Source of the DNA: Basidiobolus meristosporus CBS 931.73
Taxonomy: Eukaryota; Fungi; Basidiobolomycota
Assembly (NCBI GenBank): GCA_002104905.1
Contig: MCFE01000817.1
Coordinates: 1-33,589 of the forward strand
Length of the DNA stretch: 33,589 bases
Reading direction: 5' to 3'
Shown here in pieces: positions 22,254 to 30,850 of this stretch (the stretch's first letter is position 1; every line of letters begins with the position of its first letter). The notes under the pieces were generated by a model. That model did not search any database and was not told where the DNA came from. It saw nothing but the letters and a program-made list of their open reading frames with translations. A program made the translations under genes and the position numbers.

Positions 22254-22976
22254 ATATCTCTAAACCAATATTGCACTCATTTCTTTATTTTGCTTTTTGC
22301 TACTGTAACACACAAGTGAAAGATCAAGAATATCCAACTTTGAAGAACAAATGCTCCAGACCCTGAGAGGCAATACACCCAAGAATATTATGCCATACAG
22401 AACACATAGTAGGCAACACATGTTGCAAATTACAGCTCATTTGAAGCAGTACTTAAGGAGTTATGACCAAAAGAGTCCAATTGTTATATATACTATGCCT
22501 TATTGCTAGGATTACTATGGTAACTTTGATCATGTGTAGCTTTCAAACCAGCCAATCAAATCACGTGAGACCTTTACAGGTGCTGCGCCTATGTTCAATC
22601 TGCACCACTGCAAAATTGTAGCATTGTATTATGTGTATTGCTTGCCCAATTGCCCAAAAACTTTGATCCTTCAAAATTTTCATATATATGACTTCCCCAG
22701 CTGAAAGATAAAGGGAGAGCCTCTCTTTCCAGAATCTCCACACTACAATTACAAGTTTAAAGGTTATAAGACTCCCCCTGCATCACTTGCACTGCTGAGT
22801 ATTCTGACTTTGATCAGTACTACATTAGTAAAGAGACTGCAAAGCTCACAAGAATCCAATCTAAGTTCTACAAGAAACTACCACTTTTCTGTCAGAAAAG
22901 TCCCCTCTAAGAAACTCCTTTACTCTAAAGACACCCCTTTAGTCTAAAGACCCCTTTAGAGACCCCTTTAAGAAAC
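22254..22976 (-). repeat. Unclassified repeat family Y, copy 2
   Basis: Reverse complement of 70-905; similarity stops exactly at the right TIR of the DNA transposon. Confidence 0.9.
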
Positions 22977-23129
22977 CCCTTCACTCTAAAGAAGCCCCTC
23001 TAGGCACCCCTTTAGTGTAAAGTCCACTTTAGAGACCACAACAAGAAACCCCTTTACTCTAACAACACCCCTTTACGTCTAAAGACCCCTTTAGAGACTT
23101 CTGCAACACACCCCTTTAAGTTAAAGGGG
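22900..23129. repeat. Array of about 12-13 (A)CCCCTTTA motifs with ~60-70-bp higher-order units and a terminal hairpin
   Basis: aagaaacccctttactctaa..cacccctttagtctaaagacccctttagagac recurs at ~22910, ~22970 and ~23043; CCCCTTTAA-G-TTAAAGGGG palindrome at 23111-23129. Confidence 0.9.
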
Positions 23130-23144
23130 ATTTCCGAATTTCCA

Positions 23145-23441
23145 TATTAGGAAATGTTTTCTCAGAAAGGAAAGTGACCTCCAAGTAAGGAAAAGTTACT
23201 ATAAAAGTAAATAAGTCCATTAGTTACAGAAGGTCAGAACACTGCTGTAGAAGTGACAAACACTCCCTACAGTATATTTTGAGCCTAAGATTGAGGAAAT
23301 TAGTGAAAGTTATATCTTCTATTGGTTTATCAAACTCCCAATAAAATATTTCAGTATTAGCATACTGAAAGTTGTTGTATATTGTTAATTAGCCTCTACA
23401 TTGTAGAACAAGCCCCAAACTAATCATAATACAACACAACA
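23145..23441. repeat. LTR-like repeat D, longer copy
   Basis: 23231-23441 matches 16838-17048; ends CAACA; left boundary uncertain; no TSD or PBS confirmed. Confidence 0.65.
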
Positions 23442-25147
23442 GAATACCTATCACATATGACCTCAAACTCAGGAAATCTATTATATTTAAATGCAGTAAT
23501 CAGCAGAGTACCTGCCAAGATCATAATTGGCTCAGGAGTATTGGATGAGTACATGTCAGAGCAATTTGCTCTGAAAGCTGGAACCAACTTGGAGCCCATC
23601 AAATCAGCCTCAGTCTCAGTAGCTGATGGAACTCTCACATAATCAACTATATCACTCAGCCAGTAAGGGTGAGGATCAATGACTATGAACAAGACCTACA
23701 GGCCTTTATATTTGGAAACTGCAGTTTGACCTTGTACTTGGAAAACCTGGCTATTTTGTTTCAATCCATCAATCAACTGAAGAACCCATGCTACCCAGAT
23801 CCAGAAGGACAACAAGACCTATGAACTAATACCTGCCAGACTGGATTTCAACTTGGTCAAATCCAGTGTGTGTGAAACAAGTGAACTTAACAAGACACAG
23901 TTCTATAGAGCACTTAGAAAAGGCACCCAGATGTTTCTCATTGTGGTATTACCGGAGGATTCCTCTACTTCAGAATGCCAGAAGGTCCAGACCTACCTCC
24001 AGTCAGAGATGTGTATCATGCCATCAACACAGGAGATAGCCCTCCAGTGAGTAAGACACCATACAGAATGAGTTCTTTGGAGTTGGAAGAGATGAAGAGA
24101 CAAATATATCAGTTGTTGGAGTAAGGATATATCATACCCAGCAAGTCACACTGGGAAGCTCCAGTACTCTTTATGAAAAAGAAGGATGAAGCACTCAGGA
24201 TGTGCATTGACTACAGAGCCCTCAACTCAGTTACTGTGAAGAATAAGTACCCCATACCTTGGATTGAGGTGCTTTTAGACCCACTCTATGGAGCCACTAT
24301 ATTCAGCAAGATTGACCTCATGTCAGGATACAACCAGATTATGGTGAAGCCAGAAGACATCCCTAAAACAGCATTCAGGACCAGATATGGACATCACAAG
24401 TACTTATTCATGAGTTTTGGCCTTACCAATGCCCCTGAAACAATCATGACCTTGATGCAAACAGTCTTCCAGGAATGCTAGACAAGCTTGTGGTAATCTA
24501 CCTAGAGAGCATGTTGATGTACAGCAAGACAAAAGAGGAACACTTGGTGCACAATAAAAAGATCTTGAAGAAGCTAAGAGAGAACACACTGTATAGCAAG
24601 CTGGAAAAGTGTGTATTCTTGAAGGAACATGTTCAATACCTGGGAAACATAGTGACTAGCGCACATGTGACCTTAGACCCCAAGAAGGTTGAGGTCATCA
24701 AGAATCCAAAGCAGCCCTGTAGCATATCAGAACTCAGATCATTCCTTGGAATTGTTTCCTATTAATGAAGATTTATCAAGTCCTTTGCAGGTATTGCAGC
24801 CTGTTTCACTGATATTCTCAAGAAAGACAACACTAAGAAGTAGGATGTAGCCAGTGAGGCTGCCTTTTATATGCTCAAGAATGAGCTTGCTAAGCTACCA
24901 AGCTTAAGAATTCCAGACTTCAGAAAAGAGTTGCTCTGCACACAGATGCTTCAAACTATGCAATTGATGGAGTACTGAGCTTATAACATGAGGGAAAGGA
25001 CTTCCCAGTTGTTTGTGAGTCCAAGAAACTGAACCCAATAGAACAGAGCTATCCAGAGCATGAAAAGAAGATGCTTGCCATAATACATTGCTCAAAGACC
25101 TGGAGATGCTACATTGAAGGAGTTAAGTGCACTGTGAAGACTGATCA

Positions 25148-25515
25148 TGTTGCAATTTAAGAAGTGATTTGGATATATGGAACATCTTAAAAAGTAATGA
25201 TAATAGCTGAACTGTTGTTTATTCATAAACAGGATCAGTATTTATATCTTTGTAGAAGTAATACAGCTGTGACACTAAGTAAGGAGGTTTTCTTAACATT
25301 CAGGAGCATTCTGTAACAGTTTTGGGGCTAGTACATACGTTTAGTCAAAAGTGTTAATTTGGTCTTGCCTCTATGGGAATTATCATAGGATCAAAGATCT
25401 GAAGAGACTGGCCAAGTTAGGGCTGCAAGTTAGTCCTACAGTGATCAAGACTAGTTTAGAATTATTAAGTAAATTTTAGCTGCTGAATGGTACCAGATAG
25501 TCCAATAACTCAACA
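25148..25515 (-). mobile_element. Solo LTR of Copia family C with 5-bp TSD GATCA, inserted in the Gypsy RNase H
   Basis: Reverse complement of 12620-12989; TGTTG..CAACA; GATCA at 25143-25147 and 25516-25520; removing it restores TVKTDHTSLKYF. Confidence 0.95.
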
Positions 25516-26972
25516 GATCACACCTCACTCAAGTATTTCTATACTCAGAGGTACTCTCCAGAAGAATGACAAGATGGAGCAAATACATTCAGGAATTTAA
25601 CTTAGAGATTGTTGACTACCCTGGGAAAAACCACACAGTTGCTGATACCTTATCAAGATTAGAACAAGTTGCACAACTCAACTTGGTGCATGAATTGTGT
25701 TGGCCTAGCTTATTAACAAAGTACTTGGAGGACCAAGCCATTCCTGATGAGGTAGATGTAGAGATCAAGATGATAATCTTGGATGAAGCCAGCAAATTTG
25801 TCAAACAGGATGAAACACTCTATTGAATTGTTGATGGAGGCACTGTTGCCTATTGGCCTTATATTGCTTGCCTGGATTTAATACATAAGCTACACAATGG
25901 AAATGGACATCTTGGAATTGAAGGAACCTATAGCCTGGTGAAAGCCAGAGCATGGTGGCCCAGAAGGAAACAAGATATTGAGAAGATAGTGAAATCATGC
26001 CCAAATTGCCAAATCAACCAAGGCCAAGCACAGAGAATCACCAAACTCTTTCCCTTGGAGCCTGTACAACCACTTGAAACATAGGGAGTCAACTTTATTG
26101 GAAGACTACCAACCACCAGGATATGCAACTGCTGAATCCTTGTAGCAATTGACCATGCCACCCAATGGCCAGTGGCTAAAGCAGTATCTGTAGACAGTGA
26201 ACAAGAAGTTGCAGGTTTCATCTACCAAGAGATCCTTATGAAGCTTGGATGTCTTTCAGAGATTTTATTCAATAGAGGGGTAAACTTTGTGGTAAAGACA
26301 TTGGAAGTTTACCTCAAAATGCAGCTGATAAAACACATGAAACCTCAGCATATCATCCTAGAAATAATAGAGTCACTGAGCAGTTTAATGGATTATTTGT
26401 AGGATGCTGCCCAAGTATACATATGGTACTGTCAGTAGATGGGATGAATATATAGAGCAAGCTCTTTTTGCCTGCAGAGTTAGAGTATACAACACCACCC
26501 AACAATTGCCATTGTACTTAGTGAATGGATGTGAACCAAGGATTCCAGGAGATCTCACACAACCAAAGCTTACAAATGCCATAGAAGATCTGCTCAGTCA
26601 GCCAAGTAGACACCAGCAGCTGGAACAAAGACATTAAGACGCACCAGCTAAAGTATCTCAAAGTATGCAAAAGTGGAAGCCAAGGTTTGATAAGACTGTA
26701 TCACTAGATGCATTGACAGCTTATAAATTGTATTGCTGAGAAATAACACTTCAAAGAAGCTTGCGCCACAATGGACAGACCTTTCAAGATCATTGGAGAA
26801 TGTCCATTGGCAACTTACCAACTAGTGGACAAACAATGCAATATCTGAGAAGATTTAGCTCATAGAGACAGACTCAAGCTTGCAAGACTTGACAACAATA
26901 CTGAGCCATCAAGATATTAGTATCATAAGAAAAGAGATTCAGCAGAACCCTCTCAACTCTAGTAGGGGAGAA

Positions 26973-27337
26973 TGTTATAATCATCTGCTTCAATTTTTAA
27001 GTTAGATCAGTTTTTAGTCAAATCAGTTGGTTATATGTTTAGCCTATCAGTATGTGAGTGTTATCTATCAAATCAGTGGCATTGGTCAACAAATAAATCA
27101 GTAGATCCTTATCTGACAGAAGTAGATATTAAGTAGGATCCTATTGGGTGATGATGATGCAATCAAATGAATCATCAGCCACAACCTACATTAGGAAATA
27201 AAATTAATCAGTAATTGATCTGGCAAAATGTTATAAGGAGCTGCTCAAACCTCAATAAAATCAGTTCATGTTTTAGCAAATACAATACTAGCTAAACCCC
27301 CTATTCCTCTACAACTCCTATATCAAGACTTGTAATA
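26973..27337 (+). repeat. 3' LTR of Gypsy family A
   Basis: TGTTAT..GTAATA; matches 2637-3005 and 7038-7404; preceded by a PPT. Confidence 0.95.
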
Positions 27338-28896
27338 AAAGCATTACTGAGGGAATTAGGTGCAGTGGCTGAGAGGATAGATGCAATGGCCCAGAGAAAT
27401 CAGGAAATAGTCCAGAAGCAGGATGGGCAAATAAAAGATGTAGAACAATCAATATCACAGGTAGATAAAGCAATATCTTTCCTGCAGAGAAGGAACTCAG
27501 GTAGCTCAATGACGCAGCCAAGAATTGAGCCATTGCTCAATGTAACAGCAGAGGAACACTGTACAATCCTTGAAACACAAAACTGTGCAAAAACATTGAG
27601 CCCATAGAAAAACCTAACACAGCATAGGAGAGAGAGAATGTAGTGTTTATACCTTAGCCTAAAAATCAAAAGTCATTGAAGATCTGTAAAGCCATTGAGT
27701 GCAATGATTAAGAGTGGGCCAATATTCAAGAGGCTAGCACACCAACACCATAAGGCTGGCCCACCATGGGATCAGCGGGAAATCAAGGCCACGCAGAAGC
27801 AGAACATGCTTGGCTTGCTCCACTGACATTATCCTGGATTCACGCTAGCAAACAGATTTTAGGCCAGCATTTGTATGCTAAGGAAGTATCTCAAGAATAG
27901 TAGAAGCCATCAGTGGCAGAAGAACAAGGGTTTAATGACTAAAAGCTGGTGGCTTCTTCAATAGCCTGTTACAAGCAGGGCCAAAAGCTCCAAACAAGCG
28001 TCAGGTAGCTGGAAGAGTGCCAATAAAGGAAAAGCAGGCAGACACAGTTGCACCTGCACAACATTATTCAGGGAAAAAGATTAGTTCCATTACAGAAGCA
28101 CTCAGTCAAGGTAGCAGTGAAGGACCTGGCAGTGATAAAACAAGATGTTATTACAGAAGCCTGTTACTGCATGGGCTGAGAGCTTGAAACAAGCAGGCAA
28201 AAAATGTCAGGTTGCCAATATATTGCTAGCAAAGGACAAGCAGGCCAAAACAAATGCATTAGAGCCACATCAATCAAGAAGAAAATGCAGTTCATTATAT
28301 GCAGTACTCTGACAAAGTAGCGGTGAAAGACCTAGCAGTGATAAAGGAAAAGGTAAAGGGAAAAAGTCAACCTAAGCCAGTGACAGGGTAACATGCAACA
28401 AGACTGTGGCTCTTGCCAATTAATGCTGTCAGTCTGGAACAGACTGAAACCCATCATCACAAAGAATAATACCAACAAGAAAACAGATGATTTTGCAAAA
28501 GTTGGAAGCACAGCCTGTTGAGCTACAGTCCAGTGAGGTAGTTGAGTTTGCAGAGAAGGGCAATTTGTCTACCACAGCCTCCATATTTACCATTATTGAC
28601 AGAGTGGAGATCCTACTGTTTGACAGAGTAACAACATCCATTACTCAGAAGGCTATCACAATGCCTTCAGTGGGATTTAGGAATATAATTAGGCACACCA
28701 AGAGGTTGCAGCACTTCTTCAAGAGCAGTGCTCCAGAAAATGCACTTGAGTATAGCAAGGATTTACTGCAAAGACTGGCAGATGAGGAGCTAGACCTTAT
28801 AGTGGATGCTGAAGACCTGGATGTATGGGAACCAGTGAATAAGTAGTGGCATAAAGCTGTAGGGCTCCTGCCAAAGTCATGGAAACAGAGTGTTAC
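27338..28896 (+). repeat. Unclassified coding repeat family X, copy 2
   Basis: Homologous to 8570-9400. Contains a coiled-coil-like ORF 27365-27607 and ORF 28487-28846 (..QRLADEELDLIVDAEDLDVWEPVNK*WHKAVGLLPKSW); degenerate internal repeats at ~28027-28140 and ~28232-28346. Confidence 0.75.
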
Positions 28897-29417
28897 TGTC
28901 ATGATCACATGACAACCATGAACACCCATGCCAAGTTTCAGCTTCCTAGCTCAATTTCTAAGAGATTCCTTCTGGAACCTTCTACCACCTTCCGGAAAGT
29001 TCCTGACCATTCCAAACCATTGTTACACAATGGAACATTCCATGGAAGCTTTCCATCGTATTTTTCATAGTCCAGTACCATATATGGAAATACCAGGTCA
29101 CATGACTTAGTCACATGATCAGGTGACCCAATCCATTTCCCCATCCTGTCTCAGTGCCGTGTCATCTATGTCATCATCCCCAGCACCATTGCTGTGCCTC
29201 ACCCCACAACCCCATTAGTATTAGCTAATATCTCTTGGCATCAGTATAGCCAAAAAGTATATATAGTCCTATCCCCCCTTAAGTATTCCTCAGTCTGATA
29301 AACACAGGTCTTGAATAAACTGCCTTGCCTTGAATCCTGCCTTGCCTTGATGGTCCACACCTAAGTCCTTTCCAGCCGTGCCTAGCTTTTCCTCCTGCCT
29401 TGTGTCTATTCATAACA
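28897..29417 (+). repeat. 5' LTR (LTR-E)
   Basis: TGTCATG..CATAACA; TATATATA 29258-29265; AATAAA 29314-29319; relic copy at 18221-18410. Confidence 0.88.
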
Positions 29418-29419
29418 GT

Positions 29420-29430
29420 TTTATCAGACT
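29420..29430 (+). promoter_or_regulatory. Predicted self-priming PBS (complementary to the predicted transcript 5' end at 29292-29302)
   Basis: TTTATCAGACT lies 2 nt after the LTR and is the exact reverse complement of AGTCTGATAAA, 27 nt downstream of the TATA box; no TGG-type tRNA PBS is present. Confidence 0.8.
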
Positions 29431-29824
29431 CTCCTGACTTACCTGTGGATCCCTGCCTTCTGCCCAAAGTTTGAAGAAAACTTGTAAAAGGAATACTCAC
29501 CGTAAGTATCACCCATCATCTTTCCCTAGTCTTGTCCTATAAAGGCAAAGATACTTTATCTTTGTAAAACTATTGGTCAAAAGCTGCATTCACTTTATTA
29601 CCCTGCTGGTGGAGTTTACAGTTGTTACAGTATTGGAAGCTTTAGTACAATACTCTATCAAAGGACGTTGAAATCAGTACCTTCTGAAGTGACGCTAACT
29701 TATTTAAGTTGGGGATTGTGGCTCAATAGTTGTATTCTTGACATACTAGTGGCTTTACAAACCCACAACCTAGTTTAGTATATTCCAGTATTCCTTGCAA
29801 GTTCATCCACCTTCCTCTGCTACC

Positions 29825-30757
29825 ATGTCCAACCTAGAGCTGAACTTTGCCCAGCTCATGGCTGCCTTTACCCAACTGCAGCAAGACCATGCAGACCTCA
29901 GAAACACTCTTGCTCAGTTCCAGAACCAAAGTGTCCAGCAAACTAGCCATGTCCCAGTCTACCAAGAACCCAAGTATACTCCTGCTACCAAGTTCAATGG
30001 CTCTCAGAATGAATTCCGTGGCTTCATCAATATGGTGAAGAACAATCTTGCACTCCAGCCCAACCGGTACCCCACTGACCAGGCCAAAGTTGGTTTCATC
30101 TCCAACCGGCTTACTGGTACAGCTCTCAAGTGGTTCTCCCCATTAGTGGAGACCAACTCTCCCCTCCTCAGAGACTACCAAGCTTTTCTCACTGAAATGG
30201 AGCTAACATTTGGTAACCTTGACCAAGCCAGAACTGCTGCCAACAAGATCAAGACCCTCAAGCAAGGGACCAAACCAGCATCAGTCTATGCCTCAGAATT
30301 CCAACAACTCTCCAGTGACCTCAGCTCCTGGGGTCAAGCAGCCTTGATTAGCCGATTCCAAGATGGCCTCAATGATGAAGTTTGTGATCTGCTACTCACA
30401 CTCCCAGATCCGGATACATTGGTTGAAGCTATGCACCAAGCAATCCGGTGTGATAACAGACTATTCCAGAAGAAGCAAAAGAACCGTCAAAGACACATTC
30501 CTGTTGCAGTCCCAGCCCCTCCTGCTCCCCAAGTCACTCCAGAAGATCCTATGCAGATTGATAGTGCAAAATACAAGAAACTATCAAAGAGTGAAAAGTC
30601 TAGATGTCAACAAGCCAACCTCTGTCTATACTGTGGCCAACCAGGTCACTTTGCCAAGTCGTGCCCCAACAAGAAGTCCAGCTTCAAGCTGATGCAGTCC
30701 TCCAGCAACCAACCTGATTCAGATCTGTTGGGAAACTCCAATGTCCAGTTGCACTGA
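29825..30757 (+). CDS. gag: Gag protein (retrotransposon capsid domain plus CCHC zinc knuckle)
   Basis: Open frame from ATG 29825; KVGFISNRLTGTALKWF, AANKIKTLKQG..ASVYASEF, FQDGLNDEV, CLYCGQPGHFAKSC. Confidence 0.93.
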   Translation: MSNLELNFAQLMAAFTQLQQDHADLRNTLAQFQNQSVQQTSHVPVYQEPKYTPATKFNGSQNEFRGFINMVKNNLALQPNRYPTDQAKVGFISNRLTGTALKWFSPLVETNSPLLRDYQAFLTEMELTFGNLDQARTAANKIKTLKQGTKPASVYASEFQQLSSDLSSWGQAALISRFQDGLNDEVCDLLLTLPDPDTLVEAMHQAIRCDNRLFQKKQKNRQRHIPVAVPAPPAPQVTPEDPMQIDSAKYKKLSKSEKSRCQQANLCLYCGQPGHFAKSCPNKKSSFKLMQSSSNQPDSDLLGNSNVQLH

Positions 30758-30850
30758 CAGGCTTGCAACTGGACCCACCCATGAAAATCCAGCATATCCA
30801 AGAATCTTCCTTTGCCACAAAATCTATCCAGTCCTTGAGAATGCCTGTCA
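30730..30850 (+). promoter_or_regulatory. Programmed -1 ribosomal frameshift signal (GGGAAAC plus predicted pseudoknot)
   Basis: G GGA AAC 30730-30736 in the gag frame; the -1 frame is open into pol; 6-nt spacer; 11-bp stem 30743-30753/30764-30774; loop 30755-30762 complementary to 30843-30850. Confidence 0.85.

Larger units (their letters stand above)
23442..27337 (+). mobile_element. pol: 5'-truncated degenerate Ty3/Gypsy element (family A): PR-RT-RH-IN, PPT, 3' LTR
   Basis: Protease AKIIIGSG; [35 protein letters not shown] in place of YxDD; RNase H TDH.SLKY; integrase remnants; PPT aggggagaa 26964-26972; 3' LTR 26973-27337. Many stops and frameshifts. Confidence 0.93.

Noticed and set aside
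22900-23130. Possible CRISPR array
   Set aside because: Irregular short units without unique spacers, no cas genes, and a eukaryotic TE context.
23125-23145. TGGAAATTCGG on the minus strand as a PBS for LTR-like repeat D
   Set aside because: No tRNA 3' end that I recognise matches it, and the LTR-D boundary is uncertain.
29303-29447. CACAGGT/ACCTGTG complement as extra self-priming structure
   Set aside because: Only 7 bp and not nested with the 11-nt duplex; could be chance.
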